Shown: positions 11,171-22,739, counted from the first letter of the whole stretch. The stretch: 63,871 bases of DNA, filler included, from Octopus bimaculoides (GCF_001194135.2; 7 parts of 7 records of this genome joined end to end with filler, not necessarily neighbours in it); one strand, 5' to 3'. Notes: generated from the sequence alone by a model not told the origin. Made by a program: numbers and translations.

Positions 11171-12029
11171 CATCCTTACTGGTTTCATTTTTTTTTTTGC
11201 ACTTTGAAAGAGCCGCTATTTAAATGTTTTTGTTTTTTATTCTTCAAAGGACAACAATTTTTGATTTGTATTCTTTACCAACACAATGTTTCCATTAATG
11301 ACTACAAGAGCAGGTGTGGCTGTGTGGTAAGAAGTCTGCTTTCCAACCACATTGTTCTGGGTTCAGTCTCATTGCATGAAACCTTGGACAAGTGTCTTCT
11401 GCTTTACTTTGGTTGACTAAAGCTATGTGTGTGAATTTAGTATGTCATTCCGACATACATAGTATATTATTATACTAACAATTGCAAGCTGCACTTGAAA
11501 TTGAATATAAAAAGTATAATACACAATAGAATTCATAGATAATAATAAAACTGTAGTTACATTCATGTAAAACAAATGTCATGTTTATGAAAACAATGAA
11601 CAAAACTCAACTTAATTGCAATATGATTCATACTTATTAAAATGAAGGACACAGTAAAGTACATTATAACTTTAGTCACATGAAACTGTTATATTGTATT
11701 TCTCATTAAAAAGAATATTACAGTATTAAATAATTATACTAGATCCTTCAAAATGGAGGGGACAATTATTGAATGACTACAATATTCAATAATCATACTA
11801 GTTCCTTTGAAACTATTCATTTCCATACATTTCAGAGAAATTGGTCATCTGAAAAAGTGTCCTTTTCAAAAATATAAAAAGATCTATATTTGATGATATA
11901 GCGATAGAAAGATTAAAATTTTAAAGTTTTCTGAAAGGGAACAAAATTCTAAAACTATGTGAAACATTGCCACTATTCATAATACTATGTTTGATCAACT
12001 ATTGCTGATTTAATTTGTAACTTTCTGCT

Positions 12030-12240
12030 GAGTGTGGGTGCTTTTACGTGCCACCGGCACAAAGGCCAGTCAGGCGGTACTGGCAACGGCCACGCTCAAA
12101 ATGGTGTATTTTACGTGCCACCCGCATGAGAGCCAGTCCAGGGGCACTGGCAATGATCTTGCTCAAAAGTCCTTACACATACCACAGGCACAAGTGCCAG
12201 AAAGGCGACACTGGGCACAGGTGCCATCACGATTTCGCTT
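12030..12240 (-). mobile_element. SINE-like retroposon piece, paralogue of 3715-3925
   Basis: ORFs at 12032 and 3693 translate almost identically. Confidence 0.65.
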
Positions 12241-12389
12241 TAAATTTTAACCCATTTTCCAAGAGTTTAATTTCTTCTTTAGATAATATTTGTAATGGGA
12301 AATTTTGAGTAACTGTTCTGACTTTCAATAAAAAGTGATATATTTTCTCTATTTTTAAAAAGTCATTCAAATATTTTGTTTACTTTCAG

Positions 12390-12438
12390 ATTATGAATTG
12401 CATTTTCATTTTACTTTGTCTCCTGCAAATAGTTTACA
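12390..12438 (+). CDS. Candidate 49-nt exon, phase 1-2: (D)YELHFHFTLSPANSL
   Basis: TTACTTTCAG acceptor, GTAAGT donor at 12439, open frame with beta-strand-like alternation. A phase-2 partner exon was not found and may lie in gap 14276-15000. Confidence 0.4.
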
Positions 12439-13046
12439 GTAAGTATTCTAACTTGTAACTTCCTTCATGAATTCTTGAAACAATAATTTTCATCTCATCA
12501 AAACATAGACAACGATTCATTTCAGTTTTATATAATGTTACAATATAATATTTCAGCTGCATTATCATGATTGTGTGTGTATGTGTGTTTTTGTGTGCAC
12601 GCGCGTGTGTGTGTTTGATTGTGTGCGCGTGTATATTTATATATATCATCATCATTATCATTGTCATTTAACATTTGCCTTCCATCTTAGCATGGGTTGG
12701 ACAGTTTAATAGGAGCTCACCAGGCAAGCGACTCCACTATATGTTTGTGTCTATTTTGGCATAGATTTTGGGTTGGACACCCTTCCTAACACCAACCACC
12801 TCACAGAGTAAGCTGAGTGCTTCTTATGTGGCACCAGCATACAAGAGGTCAGTTCGTGGCATGGTTTTTACAACTGGATGCTCTTTCAAATGCTGACCAC
12901 TTTACAGTGTGGACTGGATGCTTTTTAAGTGGCACCAGCACTGGCAGGGTCACCAAGTAACTTGCAAAACAAGGAATCTTTGAGAGGGAAGGGGACATTG
13001 GAGGAGGTGAGCATGTGTTAGATGATGAGAGGTTAGAGTGTGTGTA

Positions 13047-14094
13047 TACTGGGTTTGAACAATAGTCCATACTGTTTATCAGTTGATAATATTTAAACCT
13101 GATTTCATTTTTCATGTGACGGAAGCATATGATACAAATATATATATTCTGAAATGAATCATTTCAACACATCCTTTTATATGATTATTCTGTGCATGGC
13201 TGGTTTTCAGCCAATTAGATAGATTCATTCAAATTGGCCTCAGTGTCAAGAGAGAGCGCCACGCACATGATCAAGCAGAGGACGTTATAATGAATTTATT
13301 ATATCATTGTGGCCAATGATGGAGCCATAAATTCTCAACACATTTTGGCTGGGACTGGTATAGTACACAAAGCAGAAAACCCCAATCTTCAGCTTTTGTG
13401 GAATGGAGTGCCCCATTGATAATTCCCTAATTGGGCCTCGCACTGTGTGTATAGTTCATTGGTACTACTTTTGTAGTAAAAGAGAAAATGAAGGAAAAGG
13501 AGATACATTTTCATCGTTTGATACTATTTTGTTTCTGGAATGTAAAACAAATCACTGTATAAATAACAAAAAAGTGAAATGTGCAGTTTATGGAAATGGT
13601 GCTGTAGCTGGGACTGTTCATATGTGGTTCGCTAGGCTTAAGAATGTGAATCTTGATCTGAAAGACTGTGAATGTTTCAGCAGGCCTTCAGTCCTTGATG
13701 ATGAATCAAACTGAAATGCTAATCATAAGTAATCCAGGTCATACAACACGAAGCATTGCAGAGTTGCTCCACATATGAGTGTTAAGGCCATAAAAGTACT
13801 TGGATATGTAAATTGCCATGGTGTTTTGGTGCTTTATAATTTAACAGAAAACAAAAAGTAATGAACCACATTTCCATCTACAATTCTCTGTTCGAATGCA
13901 TCAAAAATTACCTCTTTTTGAAAAGAACAGTTACAGTTGTTAAAAAGAATGGATTGTTTACAACAATGTGGAATCATGAAGCTACGTCAAAGATCATGAA
14001 TTGCAGTGGAACAATTGAAATCTGTACAAATATCTAAAGAATCCTTTTGAATTTTACTTCAAAACATGGTACAAACTTGTGTTCCAACACAATA
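13047..14094 (+). mobile_element. Decayed mariner element with both TIRs
   Basis: YGNGAV..TVHMWFARLKNVNLDLKD..FSRPS (mariner N-terminal HTH region); ends TACTGGGTTTGAAC and GTTCCAACACAATA are imperfect inverted repeats flanked by TA. Confidence 0.8.
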
Positions 14095-15903
14095 TATATC
14101 TTTTACTTTTTATCTTTTTTCTTTTACTTGTTTCAGTCATTGGAGTGTGACCATGCTGGGGCACTTCCGTGAAAGATTTTAGTTGAACAAATCAAACTAA
14201 GCACTTGTTATTTTTCTAAGATGGAAACTAAAAGAAGCCTGTCATATATATACATACATATATATATATATATANNNNNNNNNNNNNNNNNNNNNNNNNN
14301 NNNNNNNNNNNNNNNNNNNNNNNNNNNNNNNNNNNNNNNNNNNNNNNNNNNNNNNNNNNNNNNNNNNNNNNNNNNNNNNNNNNNNNNNNNNNNNNNNNNN
14401 NNNNNNNNNNNNNNNNNNNNNNNNNNNNNNNNNNNNNNNNNNNNNNNNNNNNNNNNNNNNNNNNNNNNNNNNNNNNNNNNNNNNNNNNNNNNNNNNNNNN
14501 NNNNNNNNNNNNNNNNNNNNNNNNNNNNNNNNNNNNNNNNNNNNNNNNNNNNNNNNNNNNNNNNNNNNNNNNNNNNNNNNNNNNNNNNNNNNNNNNNNNN
14601 NNNNNNNNNNNNNNNNNNNNNNNNNNNNNNNNNNNNNNNNNNNNNNNNNNNNNNNNNNNNNNNNNNNNNNNNNNNNNNNNNNNNNNNNNNNNNNNNNNNN
14701 NNNNNNNNNNNNNNNNNNNNNNNNNNNNNNNNNNNNNNNNNNNNNNNNNNNNNNNNNNNNNNNNNNNNNNNNNNNNNNNNNNNNNNNNNNNNNNNNNNNN
14801 NNNNNNNNNNNNNNNNNNNNNNNNNNNNNNNNNNNNNNNNNNNNNNNNNNNNNNNNNNNNNNNNNNNNNNNNNNNNNNNNNNNNNNNNNNNNNNNNNNNN
14901 NNNNNNNNNNNNNNNNNNNNNNNNNNNNNNNNNNNNNNNNNNNNNNNNNNNNNNNNNNNNNNNNNNNNNNNNNNNNNNNNNNNNNNNNNNNNNNNNNNNN
15001 ACGATATTTCGTCTGTCTTTAAGTTCTGAGTTCAAATGTAAAGAAGACAAAAGACAAAGACATGTGAGGGAACAATAAGTAGATGTATTAATTTGATGCT
15101 CAGGTTGAGTGGATAAGTCTCTGATGCTTTGAGCTTTGCTCTTTAATGGAAAGAGGAAAAACAATGGAGAGAGACGGAAAAAATTTAGAGAGAAATGAAA
15201 TGTGTTAGAATTAACGGTTTAACATGATGAAATGACTAGAAAAAAAAAAAAGAGGCTGAGTGGAGGGGAGATAATAACGGTGACCTGGTTGAACACATAC
15301 ACCTGTGTGTATGTAAGAATGATATGTGTGAGTATCTATGTGTGAATGGGAGCAAGTGCATGTGAATGTATGTTTGTGTGAGCTTAAAATTATATGAGCT
15401 TGTGTGTGTATGTGTATGTGTGTTTGTGTAGACGTGTGTATATGTGTGAGAGTGTGAGAGGCTGTGCAAAGCATACATATGTGTGTGTGTGTGTGTCTGT
15501 TTGTCCCCACCACCACTTGATAACACATGTTGGTTTGTTTATGTCCCCATACCTTACCAATTCAGCAAAAAAGAACTTATAAAATAAGTAATAGGCTTAA
15601 AATGAAAAACTAAATATCGGACTTCATTCCTTTGACCAAAATTCTCCAAAGAATTGCCCCAGCATGGCTGCAGTTTAAAGACTGAAACAAGTAACATATG
15701 AAAAATAAAGATTCTGTTTAAATATCTGGATCAATAGCCTAATACTACAGTTAATAACAACCATTGACATGAAAGATACAACTAATATTCAGAAAATCTT
15801 TGAACTTTGAACCTCAGCAGTCTTTCAAATAATATAAATTTTCCATCAAATGAATTTAAGTTTTTTGTCCAATTTCTGACACTAATTATCAATAATTCTC
15901 TAG

Positions 15904-15975
15904 GCAATGAGGATCAGAATAAACATTCCAAGAGTGCAAAAGATCTACAAATACAGAACAATCGAATGCCAAAAG
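15904..15975 (+). CDS. 72-nt phase 1-1 linker exon: (G)NEDQNKHSKSAKDLQIQNNRMPK(G)
   Basis: CTGAC/CTAAT branch-like motifs, TTCTCTAG acceptor, GTATGT donor at 15976, open frame; phase fits PLAT exon 18791. Confidence 0.65.
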
Positions 15976-16827
15976 GTATGTATTAGAATAATATATGCTT
16001 TAAGCATATTTGCAGTGTGCTGCCAAATCGGATATCGTTTATTTCTATAATCTTGTACTATCATCTGCTTCAATCTTAGCAAAATATTAATAAACATATG
16101 GAGATATCAAATTCGGGAAATTACAATTCCTTACATTCCCATTGTTTTCCCCAAATTGCAGTTACTATCTATTGGCTACAAATCCTGGCAGATGTGTCAC
16201 TATTTTTCCCTGAAGAGGTAGAATTTGGGTTCGAAATGCACAGTGCTAGAACATATACATGAAGGCAGCCTATCCAATTCTCAAACAATTCTGCCAGTTC
16301 CCTAATCTTGACTAGTAATTTTCTTTTATCAACCTCAAGCAAATGAAAAGCAAAGTTGGTCTCAATGAACAGAATAGCCAAAAGTCAAAAGTTAAGTGGT
16401 AGTATTACGTACATTCTAAAAATGTCTCTGTTATCTACTTCAGTCTTTTGAAAAGCATCCCACCTCTCTCTCTCTCTCTCTCCATTTTTCCATACATACT
16501 TGAAATTGCTATCTGTCCACCCCTGTTGTTCTTCTCACTCCAGAGCCCACCCTGACACCTTGTTACCACTGTCTTTATCTCTTTTCCAAGATCCACCCTC
16601 ATTACTTCCACCCACTCTTGTATGATCCTTTCTACCATAGGCACAAAGCCTGACATTTTAGGGGATGGAGCAAATCTATTACATCAGCCCCCAATACTTA
16701 ACTGGTACTTATTTCATTGACCCTTGAAGGGTGAAAAGTAAAGTCTGCTTCTGCCAAATTTGAACTCAGAACATAAAAACAACCAAAAGGCCACTAAGCA
16801 TTTTGTCCTGCATGCAAACGATTATGC

Positions 16828-17272
16828 AGGCTTTCACCGATTTTTCAACACCCTGATCCATATTTGGCGTGTAAACATAAGCTCCTCATCAGTGCTTTCA
16901 TTTTCGTGATTCCTGGAGATCCCATGTGGAATTCTTTTAGCATACGATTTTACAAAGAAACAGGTATTACAACCCGCTGAGTGTGCATAAGTATGTCATC
17001 ACATATCGAATACCATTTCGAAATTGTTACACTCAGCTACAGGAGTTTTTGCATTTGTTCCTGACTTTTACTATTTTTTTCATTTTTATTAAGAACACAT
17101 CCTTCTCTGCTTTAACTTTTATTTCCTCTGAAGTGATGGGCAGTTTGTGTACTATGTTGCAGAGTAGGTATTTTATTTCGATTTCAGCTTTTAATGCCAC
17201 TATTACTCTGTCCTCTAACTGTTCATTGTATTTAAGTATCAATCTTGACAGCCCATCCGCATGTCCCAAGTA
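16828..17272 (-). mobile_element. Ty3/Gypsy pol remnant (RNase H end to integrase zinc-binding region)
   Basis: GHADGLSRLI...EDRVIVAL...LPITSEEIK, then RVVIP..LKEFHMGSPGITKMKALMRS, with a stop and a frameshift. Confidence 0.85.
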
Positions 17273-18790
17273 GGTATACCCAAGAGAGCACACATGTACA
17301 CACACATACACACACACACATATACACAAGGTAACTTGTACACATGCATTAATGAGCTGACGCCATCAGGTCAAGTGCATATGCGCGCGCACACACACAG
17401 ACGCACACATACATACTCACCACATGCACACATCCACGCACTCATACAGCAGGTATGCCCTTCCCCCCACACACACTGGTATTTGGTTTCGTTTAAGATT
17501 CTTGCACATAACACCCATCCAAATGCCACAAACATCCTGTCCAACACGTGGTCCAAGAAGTACATTTTCTACTTGGTGTATTCGATGTCGCTGATTATTC
17601 CATCCTTATGCAACAAAACTATGTGACCCATATTGACCAATAACAGCCGAATCTCCAGTAGTCATGCTGAATTTCCTCCACCACTCCGTTCGGATGCCTA
17701 AACCTGAAAAGCTAGGTTCGTGTGAAGCGCCTACGAAACTTTAAGTTGCATTGAGCTGAATTAAACTGTTATTAGATACTAATATATGTACTCCTAGGAA
17801 ATGTGTTGAGTAATTCTTTCTTACTTTTGTCCATTCAGTCGTACAAATATGTATGCGGTGGTGGTGTAATCTGCATAGTATACATACATACAGGGTTAAT
17901 TTATCCATAAATTGGAGATTGAAAAAGAATGACAAACTGCTTTAATCCATTTTTGAAACTTATTGGGTTCTTGTCAGAAGTGTCTACATCCTAGAGAAAT
18001 GAGTAGACAATCTGTTTTTATACACAACAGATCCAGTAGCTTCAAGGAACTGGAGCTATTTATTTGCAAGCTATAAGTATTTAACACTTTATTTGACACC
18101 AATAGACTGTCAACGGAGATTCGTACAAATATACGATGAGCTATTTTCAGGTTCTATCTATCAAATCCACTCACAATGCTTTCATTAGTCTGAGGTTATA
18201 ATAGAAGAAACTTGCTCAAGGTGCTGTGAATGGGATGGAACGCAAGCCCACATGGTTTGGAAGTAAGCTTCACCACTACAGAGTCACACCTGTACCTCAA
18301 AAATATTTATTAAGTAGTTATAAATATAGACGCAAACGTTGTTATGTAGTAGGAAGTTTACTTCCCCAGCACACACATGGTTCTGAGTTCAATCCTACTG
18401 CTTGACACCTAGGGCAAATGTCGTTTACTATAGCCCCAGGCCAACCAAAGCTTTGTGAGTAGATTTAACGAAGAAGCCCATCCTATATGTATATGTGTGT
18501 ATGTTTGTGTGTGTGTGTCTTTGCATTTGTGTTTGCCCCACCACCACTACTCGACCACCAGTATTGATTTGTTCATGTTCTTGTAACATAGCGGTTTGGC
18601 AAATGAGATCAATGCAATAAGCACCAGGCTTTAAACAACCGATTTGTTCAACTAAAATCCTTCGAGGCGGTGCCCCAGCATGGCCGTAGTTCAATGACTG
18701 AAAGAAGTAAAAGATAAAATGTATACAAACAGTATTATTACAAACAGTCAATCTATGCAATAAACATTATCTCATTGTGCTTTGTTTCAG

Positions 18791-18875
18791 GTTACTGCTG
18801 GAGAATCAAATTCTATATTCCAAGGAAACTTTTGTCTGGAACCTCAAACTATATCACTGTTCAATTAATCAATGA
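18791..18875 (+). CDS. PLAT/LH2-like exon A, second copy, truncated by N-gap: (G)YCWRIKFYIPRKLLSGTSNYITVQLIN
   Basis: 74/85 nt identical to 1824-1908, with the same acceptor and a near-identical upstream intron. Confidence 0.8.
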
Positions 18876-20137
18876 NNNNNNNNNNNNNNNNNNNNNNNNN
18901 NNNNNNNNNNNNNNNNNNNNNNNNNNNNNNNNNNNNNNNNNNNNNNNNNNNNNNNNNNNNNNNNNNNNNNNNNNNNNNNNNNNNNNNNNNNNNNNNNNNN
19001 NNNNNNNNNNNNNNNNNNNNNNNNNNNNNNNNNNNNNNNNNNNNNNNNNNNNNNNNNNNNNNNNNNNNNNNNNNNNNNNNNNNNNNNNNNNNNNNNNNNN
19101 NNNNNNNNNNNNNNNNNNNNNNNNNNNNNNNNNNNNNNNNNNNNNNNNNNNNNNNNNNNNNNNNNNNNNNNNNNNNNNNNNNNNNNNNNNNNNNNNNNNN
19201 NNNNNNNNNNNNNNNNNNNNNNNNNNNNNNNNNNNNNNNNNNNNNNNNNNNNNNNNNNNNNNNNNNNNNNNNNNNNNNNNNNNNNNNNNNNNNNNNNNNN
19301 NNNNNNNNNNNNNNNNNNNNNNNNNNNNNNNNNNNNNNNNNNNNNNNNNNNNNNNNNNNNNNNNNNNNNNNNNNNNNNNNNNNNNNNNNNNNNNNNNNNN
19401 NNNNNNNNNNNNNNNNNNNNNNNNNNNNNNNNNNNNNNNNNNNNNNNNNNNNNNNNNNNNNNNNNNNNNNNNNNNNNNNNNNNNNNNNNNNNNNNNNNNN
19501 NNNNNNNNNNNNNNNNNNNNNNNNNNNNNNNNNNNNNNNNNNNNNNNNNNNNNNNNNNNNNNNNNNNNNNNNNNNNNNNNNNNNNNNNNNNNNNNNNNNN
19601 NNNNNNNNNNNNNNNNNNNNNNNNNNNNNNNNNNNNNNNNNNNNNNNNNNNNNNNNNNNNNNNNNNNNNNNNNNNNNNNNNNNNNNNNNNNNNNNNNNNN
19701 NNNNNNNNNNNNNNNNNCCTCCGAAAACCTTCCATACCTTGCCACGATTCAGAATACCGAAAGGATCTTCACCTCTTACATCACACCTTTCTTCCTACTT
19801 TAACGCCGAGGTGGTATAATTTCCTGGGAGAGAAATAATTTTGCGGCTGAGGATAGCTTTATATTGTAAATTATACACATATAAAGCTTGAAACACGTGT
19901 ACCGCGGAATCCTTTGTAGTTTTGTTGTTATTTTTGGATTTACAATTTATTCTTTCACCGCAACCACTAGCTAGCATACACAGGTGCTTACAATTGTCAA
20001 GTATTACCTCTAAATTTTAATTTACCTATATATATATATATATATATGCATGTATGTATATGTATCTATATATGTGTGTGTATATATATTTAGTAAAAGG
20101 CAAAAGATTTATATGCTTAACTTTTTTTAATACCCAG

Positions 20138-20257
20138 AACATGTTAAGAAGCCAAATATTCCATATAATCCAAATAGCAGTACCTCGAACATAATAACAA
20201 TTACTACAGAAAATGACCAAATAGATTCAGGGGAAAATACATCAGCATTAGTTCTTG
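20138..20257 (+). CDS. 120-nt phase 1-1 linker exon, second copy: HVKKPNIPYNPNSSTSNIITITTENDQIDSGENTSALVL(G)
   Basis: CCCAG acceptor, GTGTGT donor; colinear with 359-478 with no indels (97/120 nt identical); flanking introns also homologous. Confidence 0.8.
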
Positions 20258-20514
20258 GTGTGTATTTCTTTGATTTACAGTGTATATGGAATGCTAGTTC
20301 CGCCTTTTTTAAACTTCTTCATCCATCGCTCCATTCTGTCCATATTCATCCATCAGGCCATACATAGGATAGGACTTGTTTAGCTCAATCTTCTGATGAT
20401 ATTATATTTTCCCTTTTTAATTCTTTCATAGATCCCTCTGTGAATTGTGTCATCTCTGTCAACAACCAATACAAGTTCATACATTTTTGTATATATACAC
20501 ATACACACAGATAG

Positions 20515-20555
<41 letters not shown>

Positions 20556-20569
20556 GCATTTGATGGTGT

Positions 20570-20720
20570 ATTTCACATCTTCTCTAATCGAACTGGTCAG
20601 CCCGATGTATAGAGAAGGGCAGAGAGAGCAAGTGATGCAGTAGATGACATTGGTAGAAGTGCAGGTGAAGTGTATACGAGATAGATATTTATTCAAGTGA
20701 GTCTGAATAATGGTGTCGCT
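20570..20720 (-). mobile_element. Penelope-like element GIY-YIG endonuclease fragment
   Basis: HFTCTSTNVIYCITCSLCPSLYIG: the VIY...CxxC..YIG signature. Confidence 0.8.
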
Positions 20721-20924
20721 ATGTATATCTTTATGTGTGAGTGTGAGACAACTAATGTTAGTGTGTTTACATCTCTGTAACTTAGCAGTTCGGGAAAAGA
20801 CACCGATAGAATAAGCATCAGACTTACAAAGAATTATCCCAGGATAATATCATTTATCTATTTATTTATTTTTTTTTTTGTCTTTATAGATACTGATACT
20901 ACATTTTTTATTTTGTATTTGTAG

Positions 20925-20987
20925 ATACTGCTCATACTTCAGCCTCTGCTCATAAGAAGCTGAATAAGAAAGCTCAAAGAAAAATAG
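20925..20987 (+). CDS. 63-nt phase 1-1 juxtamembrane exon: (D)TAHTSASAHKKLNKKAQRKI
   Basis: TTTGTAG acceptor, GTATGA donor at 20988, open frame; joins the TM exon in frame. Confidence 0.65.
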
Positions 20988-21553
20988 GTATGAGTGTATT
21001 ATACAATATATTTAAGAATATAATGCTGTAAAGTAAGCNNNNNNNNNNCTCTCTCTCTCTCTCCTGCTTGCTTTCACTCTCCCCTATCTCTCTCTCACTA
21101 ACCATTGACACTACTCTTTCCCTTCCACCTCCTCATGTCCCTTCCATTACACCAATCCAGCATTGTCCCCTTTTGACTATCACAACAATAAGTGTTCTAA
21201 CCACCCTACTTTAACTATTCCCTCAACACCTCACCTATAGTCATCCTTTTCCCCTCCTATTCTCCCTATCAGCCAGTGCATGACTGAGATGACACAAAAG
21301 CATGACAAAGCAACAAATTGTGTTGATGTTCATCAGAACAATGACTCCAGAGAAAGAATATTTGAGATGGCTGTCTTCCTAAATACAGTATGAAAGATGA
21401 TTAAAATGATTCATGGTGTTTGAATGAATTCAAATAATATTAAAGGTAACAGAAAAGCTACAAATTGTTGAAATGTTTAACCACAAAAGAAGCAAAAATC
21501 AAACAAGCAAATTCTCCTTTTTAATGCATTCCATTTTTCTCTTAACATTTCAG

Positions 21554-21620
21554 TAATTCTATGCAGTGTTCTTATACCAACAATAGTCCTTCTTTGTATG
21601 TTATGCATCATAGTTACCAG
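21554..21620 (+). CDS. Transmembrane exon, phase 1-2: (V)ILCSVLIPTIVLLCMLCIIVT(R)
   Basis: TTTCAG acceptor, CAG|GTATGT donor; encodes a 22-residue uncharged hydrophobic segment. Confidence 0.75.
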
Positions 21621-21714
21621 GTATGTAATATAAGACTACATCTTACTACTGAGACTGTTTTAGAGTATCATTATTATTTTAACTTTTTTCTCTATTTCTA
21701 CTGTACTGAGTCAG

Positions 21715-21757
21715 AGGACGAAGAGCAGTGCTCATCTCCCATTTTCAAGACATATAA
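21715..21757 (+). CDS. Probable terminal coding exon: (R)GRRAVLISHFQDI*
   Basis: Polypyrimidine tract + TCAG acceptor, phase 2, basic residues after the TM segment. An alternative AG at 21709-21710 gives a different tail. Confidence 0.45.
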
Positions 21758-21933
21758 GACTGGAAGGACGAAGGGAAGGAGTTATACTCTAACTGTACCC
21801 CTAGTTTGAATGTTTGTAGGGTCTTTCCACACNNNNNNNNNNNNNNNNNNNNNNNNNNNNNNNNNNNNNNNNNNNNTTAATTAATTAANNNNNNNNNNNN
21901 NNNNNNNNNNNNNNNNNNNNNNNNNNNNNNNNA

Positions 21934-22153
21934 CACCATTTCGAGCGTGGCCGTTTTCGTGCGGGTGACACGTAAAAGCACCCACTACACTCTCTGAGTG
22001 GTTGGCGTTAGGAAGGGCATCCAGCTGTAGAAACTCTGCCAAATCAGACTGGAGCCTGGTGTTGCCATCCGGTTTCACCAGTCCTCAGTCAAATCGTCCA
22101 ACCCATGCTAGCATGGAAAGCGGACGTTAAACGATGATGATGATGATGATGAT
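21934..22153 (+). mobile_element. SINE-like / RTE-3'-end-type retroposon with (GAT)n tail, young copy
   Basis: Exact reverse complement of 24-202 over ~179 bp. Confidence 0.75.
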
Positions 22154-22463
22154 ATAAATCAGACATGGAAAAACAAAACAATAAATTGATCAATTATAAA
22201 TTCAACTCAATTTAAATATTTTATACAAACAAATGACACATCTCATAAATTACAGCTGTTTCCACTTCATTAACAAAACAAAGTTTTTTCAACAATAATC
22301 AAATAATGAAAATATTTATAATTTCTAAATCTTTTCAAGGACGCTATTTGAACAAACTTATTTTACACCTAGCCAAACTGATGTATGTATGTATGTATGT
22401 ATGTATGTATGTATGTATGTATGTATGCATGTATGTATGTGTGTGTGTGTGTGTGTGTGTGTG

Positions 22464-22507
<44 letters not shown>

Positions 22508-22739
22508 TGGTTGGTTGGACATCTTTCAATTTCCACCTTGCAGAGGACTATAGCAAAAGACACATGTTTAAAGTGTCATGCTGACATGAACTCAAAACCT
22601 TGTGGCTGGGAAGCAAACTTCTTACCACATAGCTATCCCTTCCTAAGTTTTTTAAAAATTAAAAAAAAACAAAGAAAATTAATTGCAGACCCTTCTAGGT
22701 GTTTATAGGGGATTTAGCTGGTATTTCTAGCTGTTTGAA

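Noticed and set aside
14208-15164. Long ORFs running through N-gaps (also 18775, 23635, 25422, 32453, 33819, 45156)
   Set aside because: They are open only because N codons contain no stops.
16162-16430. Acceptor-like site and 70-aa minus-strand ORF
   Set aside because: Stops in all plus frames before any strong donor; no recognisable motif on either strand.
21273-21388. Open stretch QCMTEMTQKHDK...FLNT between an acceptor-like and a donor-like site
   Set aside because: Phases (2 or 0 to 0) do not fit the flanking phase-1 exons, which already join in frame.
21833-21932. TTAATTAATTAA islands inside N-runs (also near 42647, 46636, 52144, 56901, 59519)
   Set aside because: Each is a 44N + 12-nt + 44N placeholder with stops in all six frames: a scaffolding linker, not biology.
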